From: Paraphysomonas bandaiensis
Lineage: Eukaryota; Protista; Chrysophyceae
DNA length: 64,000 nt
Direction of reading: 5' to 3'
NCBI GenBank assembly: GCA_965644295.1
Contig: CBFFRP010000263.1
Coordinates: 1 to 64,000 of the forward strand
The notes beneath the pieces are model-generated. The model saw nothing but the letters and a program-made list of their open reading frames with translations, was not told where the DNA came from and did no database searches. Positions 1 to 11,580 of the stretch are shown here, piece by piece (positions within the stretch are counted from its first letter, which is position 1; every line of letters begins with the position of its first letter). The position numbers and the translations under genes were made by a program.

Positions 1-85
1 TTATAATCCCTTCTCTGTGTGCTGCTCTCCAGTATTTGCTGGTAGACATCTTATACAACTGGGCAGCATGATAAGTAGAACCCGA

Positions 86-1705
86 TCAAAGATCATCAAT
101 AGGATCTGTGTCTCCCTGGTCCTCTTGTTCTCGCACAAGCATTCGCACATCCCCTTTCTCGTTTCCTAGTTTCCTCTGGTACCAAGGAACACTCTCTTTC
201 GGAGTCCTTTGTTGAGGCCAAGGCGAAGTCCTAGTAGGCATTTCCTTAATTCCAAACCTGGCATTCATAGCTCGAAGTGTCTCTTTAAGAATCTCCTTAT
301 CATGAGAAAATTTGCAACTCTTGTCCTTGCACCCACCCTCTACATTAATTTCCTTAAAGCATGGACTCTTCTTGTAAACTTCTGTAGCCATCACATCCTC
401 ATTCACACTCTTAAGGTCATCATCCTTTGCATCATTGTTACTTTCCTTAGTCTGTTTCTCATTCTCATCCGAATCATCTTCTTCCTCCATCATAGCCAAT
501 ATTGCAGCATTCAATTGAGGCTTTGTTTGGAAATTAAACCTGCCCTTGAATTGTTGATACTTCTCAGAAAGCTCCCTTGTTACTCTTAGATGTTCGAAAA
601 ACTCTTCAAAGAATGATTCCACTGAGTTGAAATTCTCTGTTCTCAATAATCTCTTACTGGTGTCTCTCATACAAGGTGGTATCAAACTCATCCAGACTTC
701 CAGTGACCCACCTCGTTTGGTGGTAGTTAGAGGTATACTCAAAGTCAAGTGATTTACTTTTGCTGCATCCACCAAGAAGTCGTATCTCTGAATAAACTTA
801 GTTTCAAGAATACATATATCTTCATCAGCTTTCCTGAAATCCTCCAGTCTCTCCATATTAACCTTGTATGCTTTGCAAGATTTGTACAATATTTTGTTGA
901 ATGCCATTACGTCCAAAGGTTTAAATAAACGTTTAACTGCCTCAATGATATGTGTGATCCTAGCATCAGTACACTCCAAGTATGTAGGGAATTCTGTTGG
1001 ATTCATGCGTCGCAGGGTATGACGAACCATGTCCCTTGCTCGATCTTTCAGCAAACTGTACACTGAAGGGACCGCTCTATTATAATTCCGTTTTTCATAC
1101 TCAGCAATCTTCTCCATAAACGTCATGAAGCCGTCTAAAGTAATTTCTGTCAATTGGATCTTCAAGTATGAATTATCCTGTTGAGTCAATACGACCTGAC
1201 TAGTCCTGTCTTCGTCGGCCTGCCTTAGCGCTTCTTGAATAGTCTGTCTCCTAACATTCCTCCTCCTAGGCTGCTCTTCCTCTCTCAATACCTGTGTTGC
1301 GTTGAGTACGGCCTGTTGGACTGCGTCCTCGATTCTGGTCTGAAGTAGATCTGGGTCTATATATTGCTGTTCATGTACTGGTCCTTCAGCTTGTTCTTCT
1401 TGCTGTTGAACCTCTTCAATTTGATTCGTTGCCTCTTCATCAATCTGGGATATACCCCCTCCAAAATCTACTTCCGAATTAGCTGGAGTGGCTTGTCTTG
1501 AGGAACGTCGAGACTCCAGCTGCTGCAACCTTTGTTCGAACATTTCGAAATGAAGATCAATAGACTCAAAGCGTTTGTTCAGCTGCTCTTGCTGTTCAGC
1601 ATACTGCTGCTGTTGTTGAGCAAACTGTTCATTCTGTTCAGCAAACCGCTGCTGAAGGAACTCCATAATGTTCGGAACCTCTTCTTCCGAACTCATAGTC
1701 GACAA
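86..1705 (-). CDS. Gag-like protein of a probable Ty3/gypsy LTR retrotransposon (element continues off the left edge)
   Basis: Intronless 539-aa ORF with N-terminal coiled coil and C-terminal CCCH finger (CFKEINVEGGCKDKSCKFSH). It lies just inside an LTR-like end that interrupts a copia ORF at 2140. No pol is visible in the window. Confidence 0.6.
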   Translation of the reverse strand: MSTMSSEEEVPNIMEFLQQRFAEQNEQFAQQQQQYAEQQEQLNKRFESIDLHFEMFEQRLQQLESRRSSRQATPANSEVDFGGGISQIDEEATNQIEEVQQQEEQAEGPVHEQQYIDPDLLQTRIEDAVQQAVLNATQVLREEEQPRRRNVRRQTIQEALRQADEDRTSQVVLTQQDNSYLKIQLTEITLDGFMTFMEKIAEYEKRNYNRAVPSVYSLLKDRARDMVRHTLRRMNPTEFPTYLECTDARITHIIEAVKRLFKPLDVMAFNKILYKSCKAYKVNMERLEDFRKADEDICILETKFIQRYDFLVDAAKVNHLTLSIPLTTTKRGGSLEVWMSLIPPCMRDTSKRLLRTENFNSVESFFEEFFEHLRVTRELSEKYQQFKGRFNFQTKPQLNAAILAMMEEEDDSDENEKQTKESNNDAKDDDLKSVNEDVMATEVYKKSPCFKEINVEGGCKDKSCKFSHDKEILKETLRAMNARFGIKEMPTRTSPWPQQRTPKESVPWYQRKLGNEKGDVRMLVREQEDQGDTDPIDDL

Positions 1706-1755
1706 TAATATAAATAAACAATGTTTCTTTCTATCCGACTAAAGTATTAATACTG

Positions 1756-2140
1756 TAATCTTTCTGATGAGAAAGACCGTGCTTACAACGTTTTATTAAT
1801 TTAAAGTGCTTCCCAAACCGAGAATACACTGTCCAGAACACCAAACCGGTGAAACTGCCTCCTAACACAAGCAAACCGCGAGTATAGAATGAATTAAATT
1901 ACGTTAAAACGTGTAAAGAAAGAAAGTGAAATCATACAACACTCTATCTTGCTGTGAATCATCTACAGTTTACAGTATCATACTTGTACATATACGGGAC
2001 TTATATCCCTTCAAGAATACAGTAACCGCAATGTATACTAAATAAACTGAAAATGAAAGTACAACAGCATGCTACCTAGAGTACCGCAGTATAACACCGT
2101 ATAACTCCACGTATAACAGTAACTACAGGTATGCGTGACA
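1756..2140 (-). repeat. Probable 5' LTR of the nested element
   Basis: Minus strand begins TGTCAC at 2140, exactly where copia-like protein sequence stops. The inner end (..TTACA at 1756, AATAAA ~35 nt upstream) is tentative; the partner LTR is outside the window. Confidence 0.45.
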
Positions 2141-4268
2141 GCTCTCCGTACGTCACTTGCGGTGAGTTTCAGTCCTGTTATGTTGCCATCACTGACTAAG
2201 TTGATTGCGTCTTTCTCAGAGTCAAATCCCGAGGTCTTGACTAGGTCCCATGCCTCTCGTGCTCGAGCCACTTCGGCCTTCGAGTGCCTCGCTTCCATGT
2301 CAGCTACTGTTGTGACATGTACGTTTCCAGTGGCCCAGTCTCGCATATCTGCGACGTACATTTTGTTCCTTCTTGCGAATACCAGGTCTCTACCAGGTAA
2401 ATGCACAGTATACGATTTGCCTTGCACATATGTTACATCGTACATATCCTCCACATCTGATTGACATAGCACACTCGCACGTAAATGATCAGCCGTTGTG
2501 CAGGGAAAGAATTGATCCAGATCTCCTACATTTGGTAACTCCATAGCGTGCCCTGAGAGCCCTGCCACGGTACATTTCCTGGTCGCCGGCCTTATATTGT
2601 GCAGTAATGCAGGGTGAACCACTGATACGTCCGCCTGATTATCTAGCAGTACCTCGTACCACCTGAATGGGTGGCCTCCGGATGTGAATGCGTTCTTTAG
2701 GGTCACCGCACAGTTTCTCTCATCTGCATCTTGGTTGTCAGGGCATTCATTGAGTCGGTGCCCTGGCTCGCCGCACCCCCAACATATCAGGGGTTTCCTC
2801 CGTTGTTCTCTGTGCCGTGGATTCTTCTGCCCCCTTTTGGATTCTTTGTCGTCGTTTTCGTCACTGTCACTTGTGCTGTGTTTCCCTTTGCTGGTAGTTT
2901 TGCGTTCAGCTTTGGTGACGAAAGCCGCTCCTCCTGCCGCGCGTGTCTGCTTCCTGGCCGGCAGGTATTTAGAAACCTTGTTGTATATGTCGTTCACGTG
3001 TGTTGGTGCAATTTGAGTTCCCATGGTTAGGTCATTTAGATAATTCGTTTTGAAATCTCCATATCTTGTTTCATCAAGTCCGTTAAAGAAGTCCATCGCC
3101 ACATCGGTGTCGGACATTTTGGCGTTGTCCATTTCTTTGTATGCTTCCAGTAAATAATCAAATTTCTCCTTATATGTCACGATGCTTTCGAAAGTCCCTT
3201 GCCGAACTTCTTGGTACTTTCGCCTAGTTTCCGCTTTCATCACTGCTCCCACATTGGAGCTTGTCGCTACCTTGTGTGTCTTTTTTATTGCAAGCCATAG
3301 CGATAGTGGATCTTTCGTTGCGTTGAACTCTTGATATTCGTCTAATAGTTTTATAGCGTCGTGGGATTCGTTGCTCAGGTGCTGTATCATGAATCCGTAC
3401 AGTGGGGTTCTGTTCTTGGCCATCTCTCCTATGGCCCGAGATCTTCTGATGCATTGATCTTCGATCTCCTTGTACCCGATGGGGTCTGTCCTCTGATTGA
3501 CATCCCTGGTGTCGGGTCTCGGTGGCTCGTAGTATTGGTCAGTCTCCAGCATCTTTGCAAGGTCTCCGTACCTCACCATGGCTTCGGCCACCAATTTCTG
3601 CTTGAAAATAGGCAGATTACATTTTGCGCCATATCTTAGCATTGGCACTGCGTCATAACTGTCAGACTCTTGTCTTCTTCCAGATCTTGGATATCTGGGA
3701 TATCTCTCTTTTGTCGTTTTCTTCATAATTTTCTCTTACGCAGAGAAAAAACACGGTACTCGGTCGGATGCTACGGATCAATAAACGGACGGAATACCCC
3801 CGTTGCCTTTTCACACAGTCTACACTACAGGTAGTCAAAAGCAAGGTTCTCTTCGCAGTTTCTACAGAACTCGTTAGTAAGAGAAAATTATGTCTCTAGT
3901 CTACAGCCGTACACTACACACTGCATAACATAACACCATACACCTCTATGTGCCCTATGCATATCTTATACAGTCACTTCAAGTACTAAACTGAAAAGAA
4001 CATCCTCTTATTTCTCTACGGTATACACTGTCATGGAAGAGTGGAATCATATCATCACACTAATAACGGCCCAATTGCTACATATCACTGACAAGAAGAC
4101 AGAGAACAGCGATCGGAAGCGCTAAGGAGGTAGTCTCAAAGCGTCTATGCACAAAGACAGAAAGATATGACGGCAGCATCTCCTCTCACACAAAAAATAA
4201 CTCTGTTCCGTTACATTTGAACCTACCGGCGATCTGGTGCTGGTGATGTCAGACACTTCTTCCCAACA
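2141..4268 (-). mobile_element. 5' half of a Ty1/copia LTR retrotransposon interrupted by a nested insertion
   Basis: ORF from 3726 has a gag region, zinc knuckle CWGCGEPGHRLNEC and protease-like LLDNQADVSVV. Candidate LTR start TGTTGGGA at 4268. The ORF tail below 2140 is read-through into the inserted sequence. Confidence 0.8.
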
Positions 4269-4293
4269 GCAGATAGAACTCCGTACTGCCATA

Positions 4294-7200
4294 TCCAGTC
4301 GCCGTCAAAAGTCCGAACAAGTCAAAAGTCCGAACAACCGTTTTTTGATCAAAAGTCCAAAAATGTCGTTCGAAACTCTCATATTTCTCTCACTTCAGTG
4401 ACATTGAAATCCAATTAACACAACACTTGAACTGACCTGACACTGGAGACTTATCATTCTATGGCAATCATGGACCACTGGACACGAATATGCAACCAGA
4501 TTTTCATTTCATACACTGCTTCTCTCAATATCACAAGGTTTCTTATATCGTTCCAATTCATCGAGTACCCCTCACATCCGGCACCATTTCTCAAAATCCC
4601 TACATTGAATTTTCAACATGACGATCTTAAAAGGTTTGTATACAGATGGACTCTCACATATATGAGTGCTGTGCAATTCCTACGACTTGTTTTTGAATAA
4701 TGTCTGATTTGTGTTCTTTCAGTGACTCGTCTATGCGACTACAAGAATCTTCGCAAAAAGAACCGACAAGACGCCATAGACAAGCTCCGGGCAGCTAAAT
4801 TTGCAAAAGCACAGTCGAAAGACAGCTATGGATCAGATGTTGACCTCAATAATGACTTTAGTTGGTCAAGGTTGCGCAGTTAAGCAGTGTGAACCAGTAC
4901 TGCTGAGAGCAAAATATTTCTCGAAGAGTGCTCCTCAGGTAGCTGTTTTTGTCTATCTATGCGTTTATACATATTTATGAGGAACAATCTATCTTATAGG
5001 ACGTAGACAAATGGTAATTGTAGCTATTCGGGTCTAGAATTGGAAGAATGAAGCGCGTGTGTTCGTTCCGGCTGGCCAGGCGTATGAGGAAGCTGTTACT
5101 GTGATCTTGTCCACTTCTGTGCCCTACGGGGATTACATAGAGACACGAAGGAGTGTAAAGAGTGTCAACATTCAAGGGAGCAAGTTTCTTAAGCAGTTCA
5201 TGATAACCTCTTGGATAATATCACTCTACCTAAAGACCAAATTAGACAATGCAAACAAGAACTAGATAGTACTATCTACATATTCGTTGCTGAATTCTTA
5301 TTAACAACTGGAGTGGTAATCCGATTAATTCGTAAGTTTTATTTCTTCATGCTCCACTCTCTTGAATTTGTAGACATAGCTAGCTAGGTTGTGGTATCAT
5401 GATAGGTGATAACAGACAGTGGCTACATAAAATCGTTTGATTGTACTACCAGCTATGCGACACATATCATGCAGCAGCACAAAATTAACTTTATTATAGT
5501 AATATACAATAACGATTGCTAATATATTTAGTGACGATAGCTATTAGTGTACCACTACAAGAAGAAAATAATCATAAATCAGCGGTATTAAAACAACGTA
5601 AATAAGCGTATTAAAACAACATAATTAAGCTAACTATACTTTGTATCTGTGGCACACTTCACGGAACAGGGCCCAACAAGATCTTACGTCTGCGAGGGGC
5701 AAGTGTGGCACAGCTATCTTACAATTGTCTTTACTTTAGTTCTATCTTCTTGGCAGCCTCTGCTTTCTTCCTCTCCCTTTCAACAGCATTTTCTGTCTTT
5801 TCTCGTTCTCTCTTCTCGGCAGCCTCTTCTTTTTTACGCTTTCTCGCCTTGATAGCTTCCGCCTTTTTGTGCTCAGCCTCTGCCTTTTTGTGCTCAGCCT
5901 CGGCCTTCTTGCGCTCCTTCTCAGCAGCTTTCTCAGCTTTGGCTCGGGTAGAAGCACGTAGCATATCATTGCGTCTTTCGACCTCAACGCTATGATTGAG
6001 CCATACAGCTCTCTGGCGGATAATACTAAGCTCGTTCAAATTCAACATAGGTGTAGCTAACTTAACGTCATGCTTAGTAAGGATTGCGGAGATGTCATCA
6101 TCACGTGTTAGACCGCGAAGGCTGGCAAGCTGTATGAGTTCTGGTATAACATTATTAAGAAGGCGGGACGCTTCTTCTTCAGGAAGTTGGCAGATATGAG
6201 GGTTTTTCCGAAGCAGGACTTCAGCATCAAACGGCTCGAAAGCGGCCGAGGCGAAGCCAGATATAATGTTGTCACCAGTGTAACACTTGGTGATCATTGT
6301 AGGCAAGCGATGAAAGAAATTTCTATACGTTGTTATCGAGTCGCTATCCATCTTGATGTCCTTCATATACTGGACAACGTATGGAAGGAAGATGGGAGTT
6401 GCGCCCTTCGTCTTGGGGTCGTAAAATTCCGCCTTCTTACAATACTCATTGCACAAAGCAAAACATCGCGTGAGATCACAAGGCTGTGCACACATGGTGT
6501 ATGCGGCTGCTAACTTGACAAACTCGATGGAGAAAGAACCCCATTTTTCCATTAGTACGTCGATAAGAGCACGTATGAGTCCATATTCGCCATCAAGTGA
6601 CCAAAGAATAGGGACCTGCTTCTCTATACTCGAGTAATTCACATCGAGTTTCTTCAATGTTCTCTCTTTTCGGTCTCTGTTTTTAACAACTACAGGGAGA
6701 ATGTGTTCATCAATAATAAACATTCCGAAAGTTGCCTCTGCACTGAGTGGTTTCTTTTGTGTAGCATGTGCCTCTTCCAGCTTATCACATTCACGGTCGT
6801 CATGCTGCTCCCGAAGGGCTCGCATTTGATCCCGTGTGTCCAAGTCAGGACCGGAGCAATAATCATCCCCATTTCCGCTTGGGTTTAGTCCTTTATCATC
6901 GTTACTTTTACATTTTGAACCTTTATCATCTTGAGCAATTTCTTCCTTCTCATCACTACCCTCAACTTCCTTCAAACCCGGCATAGCTTCATCACTCTCC
7001 TCCATATCAACGTCCTCCCAGACTGTTTCAGCGTCATCTGTAGTTTTGCTCTCAGTGCACTGTTTGATCCTGTGTGCAGGACGAAAAATAATGCTCTGTA
7101 CCCATCCATTCATGTTGAACTTGAAACACTTCAACTCCTTGCATTTTCGTTCCCGGATGACAACAATATGGCTGAGTAGAGCAGGCTCTGCACTCATAGT

Positions 7201-8526
7201 AGCCGTGCACTTAACGGATCGTATCTTCTTCTTGTTGGTAATGGCGACAGAAAGACGGTTAAGTTTCATCAGTTTTTTCATATTCTATGTCAAAATTTTG
7301 TAAATAAAGTAACCACGAATCGCCAACTATACATACCTGTGGACAACGTGCCCGCCTCTGCTTACTATATCCTAGCATGATGTTGTGAGTATCCGAATTG
7401 GTCTTGTTCCACGGATGAAATCGGTTGCCTTGAGGATTTTCTGGTGATACCCCTAAGATGGCACCTACTATGGCTACGCTGGATAAGGGATTGAATGCAT
7501 CATTGATGGCCTCCTGCCTTCGCGCATTGACTGTGGACGGAGCATCCACACTTTCAGGTGACACCTTTTTCAAATACCTGCCTATGGTGGAATTTGAGGG
7601 TGCCTTACGATTCTTAAGGAAGTTCCCCCCTTGCTTGTTGACAGTCCCTGCACTGGTCAGTGCTTTAACAAAATCCCCATCGGATGCAGAAGTGAATGAG
7701 TTCCCAGTTGCAGTGGCCTCATGGCTCATGTCGGACAACATTGCCACACCGTCTTCGTCCGTCCAGGTCGGGCGCCCAAGATAGCTACGATTGGGATCTA
7801 GCCCTCTTTCTCGTTTATCTTTGGCCCTACAAAGCAGATATTCCATCAGAAATACGTATGTTATGACAATAAAGAGTTACCTGAAGAACACTCCACGAGT
7901 GATGTTGTGATTGCGACAAAACTCACTAACATTACTAGGTTTATCCTTTTCATATTCATCGAGAATAGCATTGAGGTCAACATCAGATCCATAGCTGTCT
8001 TTCGACTGTGCTTTTGCAAATTTAGCTGCCCGGAGCTTGTCTATGGCGTCTTGTCGGTTCTTTTTGCGAAGATTCTTGTAGTCGCATAGACGAGTCACTG
8101 AAAGAACACAAATCAGACATTATTCAAAAACAAGTCGTAGGAATTGCACAGCACTCATATATGTGAGAGTCCATCTGTATACAAACCTTTTAAGATCGTC
8201 ATGTTGAAAATTCAATGTAGGGATTTTGAGAAATGGTGCCGGATGTGAGGGGTACTCGATGAATTGGAACGATATAAGAAACCTTGTGATATTGAGAGAA
8301 GCAGTGTATGAAATGAAAATCTGGTTGCATATTCGTGTCCAGTGGTCCATGATTGCCATAGAATGATAAGTCTCCAGTGTCAGGTCAGTTCAAGTGTTGT
8401 GTTAATTGGATTTCAATGTCACTGAAGTGAGAGAAATATGAGAGTTTCGAACGACATTTTTGGACTTTTGATCAAAAAACGGTTGTTCGGACTTTTGACT
8501 TGTTCGGACTTTTGACGGCGACTGGA
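4294..8526 (-). mobile_element. pogo/Fot-like (Tc1/mariner superfamily) DNA transposon, 4233 bp
   Basis: 557-bp TIRs (4294-4850 / 7970-8526, one mismatch seen), TA on both flanks (4292-3, 8527-8), subterminal direct repeats GTCAAAAGTCCGAACAA, internal transposase gene. Confidence 0.9.
5731..8202 (-). CDS. DDE_1/pogo-like transposase, 4 exons (8202-8187, 8097-7881, 7826-7337, 7284-5731), ~758 aa
   Basis: Three GT-AG introns join the ORFs in frame (2277 nt total). Motifs NSDT, LWSLDG and KLAAAYTMCAQPCD resemble pogo NxDET / LLxLDG / LPxxxTxxLQPLD. K/E/A-rich tail. Confidence 0.8.
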
Positions 8527-8564
8527 TATAGCTAGTTAAGCATAAGCCACACCGCTATCCAGTT

Positions 8565-9753
8565 ATGATCCAGATAGGTGGTGAGGCGTACCTACTGCTC
8601 GCACTGCTGATATTTTCCAGTGCCGGCAGTGTGTTCACAAAGCTGAACAATTATGATGAGGATATCTTCATGCCCTGCAACGTATTGTGCTCGTCTAATA
8701 TGGTAGTGGAAGTCAATCCTATTTTCTTGTCGTGATCTAAAACTATACTCAGGTAGGAGCTGTGCTGTTGTCCATTTTTTTTCGAGAGGAAGTAACAGTG
8801 TATGTACTAGCACTCCACTGTGGTTATGAATAACCATGAGATGTTTTGAAGGAAAAATCTGGAGAGCATATCCAAAGAAAACTGGATGTGGATGGTCTTA
8901 GGTATATCTTTATAACTATGTTTATGACAATATAATATTTGATATATTAGGTTCCGTATTGTACAGCGTGGTGGGACCTTTTCTATACCTCACTGGTCTT
9001 GCCTCCACGGATGTACCTACGGCCGCAATCACACAGCGCATGGAGAGTTTAAATTTTTTGTTTTTGTCTTATATTTTTCTCGGCGCCTCTATTTCATCAT
9101 GGACTATGGTTAATGCATCCTTAACCCTCTGCGGTATTATCCTTGCTGTAATTTCCCCAGTATTTTGGGGTGATTCTGTCAAGGTGTCAACCGGGGCCCT
9201 ATTTATACTTCTCTCTGGCTATGCGTTCTCATCCTCACTGCTTATATCTAAGAAATATTTATCAAAAATTTCTGTAGGAGTTCTTGCAGTGTTCAGAGTG
9301 CTTCTAGGAAGTGTGCTGTATCACTTTCTGGTTTTGGCATTGGGAGAAAACCTTGGCAATTTGTATTCATCTAAGCTGTGGATCGCCATGGCCCCTTACG
9401 GCTTCGTCTATGTATTTGGGGGACAGATATGCTGGCTGCTGGCCTTACAGAAGGCTAGCCCTATATCGATATCTATGGGAACGACTTTTTTGTTTGTGCT
9501 AACTCTTTGCTGGTCTGCTGCGCTGCTGGGGGTGCTGCCGACCACTGCTCAGTGGATAGGTTCTGCCTTCCTGGTTACTAGCATCTTGTCAAGTGTCGTT
9601 GAAGTGAGATACAAAGCATTAGAATCTGCTCAAGAAAGTGCTATCAAGGGCGAGCTGGAGGAACCGCTGCCCATAGCTGCCCACACTACCACCAATTCCA
9701 ACCCAATTCATGCTACAGCTGGAGATGTATCTTACAAGCGGTCTCAGTCGTAG
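8565..9753 (+). CDS. EamA/DMT-family membrane transporter (spliced)
   Basis: Exon 1 MIQIGGEAYLLLALLIFSSAGSV, then multiple transmembrane helices in two EamA-like halves ending TTAQWIGSAFLV. Confidence 0.75.
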
Positions 9754-10454
9754 CAGGGGCTAACCGAACATGGAGCACATCTGCTATATGCAGCGAAGTG
9801 ATTGTACCTGTTGGAGACTTCGATGCATTGTCGAATGAGGGCGGGTTTAAAGGTTTTTAATATTTGGTTTTGTCTAGTTTTTTGTGAAAGTGTTTTCCAA
9901 CACACTGTACAGAGACATGATAAATAAACGGACGTACCATGCGAGGAATATCACTATTTTCTGCATCTTTTCTTTTGTGATAATAATCTGTACTGTGCAC
10001 CCCTACGTCAATTCTCTCTTTGCATCTAGATTATGACCAGGAAGTGAGGAGGAAACCAAACATGCACGAACACCACCATCGACGCCAGCACCTGCACCAC
10101 CAGTTACTAAGCCGGTATACCACCACAGAATTTAGTAATATCCATGTCTTCATGTCTGACCGTATACTGTTAATACCGTGATATAAATCTCCTCCATATT
10201 TCCCATTATACAAATCAGTAATATTGTAATTATTATATTTATTCGAAATTGGGTTGCTTGTAAGTTTCAACGGGTGTTTGAAATTCTTCACTATTTTCGC
10301 ATTGGGCAACCAAACCCAAATGATAAATTTAAAGATATTGAAAGGAGATATAAACAGAACAAAAATGAATTGTTTGTTGAATTTGATAGATTGTTCATAT
10401 ATACCAGGCAATTGTGATCCGTATACACGTCACACGTACAATCTATCAAATTCA

Positions 10455-10720
10455 ACATGGAATGGGAGCAGTAATGCTGCAGCCAGATGAAGAAGAGAAT
10501 AGACGACCAGTGGGCTATTGGAGTAAAGGATTGACGGCGACGGAGAGAGAATATGCGCCGACGGAGATAGAGTGCAAAGCATTACATGACTGTTTGATGT
10601 ATTGGGACGTATATGTAAGGAGAGCGTTGGAGGTTGACGTGTATACTAATCACAATTGCCTGGTATATATGTACAAGGGACAAACGGCTTCCAACAACGG
10701 AAGATTGATGAAAATGCTCT
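10455..10720 (+). pseudogene. Ty3/gypsy RT-RNase H relic
   Basis: GMGAVMLQ..PVGYWSKGL..EREYAPTEIECKAL..VYTNH matches gypsy RNase H motifs; isolated fragment. Confidence 0.85.
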
Positions 10721-11580
10721 TACTAAAACTCAGAAGCCACAACTAAAATTGAGTATTCTGCGGACGAAATACAAAGGAGTGGGTAGACACTGGTGCAGTT
10801 GATTCTGCATCTATTATTACCGGTAAACGTGCCAGAAGTTCAGTTGATTATCGCTTGTCAATAGAACTTTGTAATAATATACATAGCACTACATGGTAGT
10901 ATGCATATATATATTTTATATTATATGTATAATGTAACCGTTACATTCTCACGTTTTTGATCTGTAACTAATATAAAATTTATTAAATGTCATTAATAAC
11001 ATGTTTTCTTTAAAAACATACTATGTAATAACCAGCTGTCGGGTTATGCTCTTACATCTCTCATTTCACCAAAAATGATTCATTTTCGCTCCACGGAAAT
11101 TTAAATATACATATTTAAAAAGGGCTGAGTGAGAGAGAAGTTTTATCTAGACTCATGCTTTGCCTTATATATAATATAACAGTCGCTGTCTAACCTATAT
11201 TTTATTATTTCAAAATGTGTCTACGGTTTACAATGGCGAAATGAAAGCTATCTTTTATACAAACGACAGAACATTATCTGTTCTGGTACAAAGTTTTCAT
11301 TTCATAAATCTCTATGTAGTTGTACCAACTACATTCTACAGTACTTAGTAATGCTTCCCGAGCACACTGCAGCACAGAATATGTTGAACGGTACATTCCT
11401 GTGCCATGACGTGTTTAAGAAAAAATAAAATCTTCACAGAGTATCAAATTTATTTAATAAGTTGTTTGCCATGTGCGTTACTTCACAGGATGACACACAT
11501 TCAAGGCTTCAATATATACGCATTAAAGTTAATCGAAGTTTCTGCAGTATCGTACACACACCATTCGCCACCTCTCCTAT

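Noticed and set aside
60-95. prfB-like +1 frameshift at CTT-TGA
   Set aside because: The +1 frame stops at TAA (positions 3-1); only frame 0 stays open.
4461-4700. Duplicated 79-aa ORF (also 8120-8359)
   Set aside because: Product of TIR symmetry; it runs through the transposase's intron 1 and has no recognisable motif.
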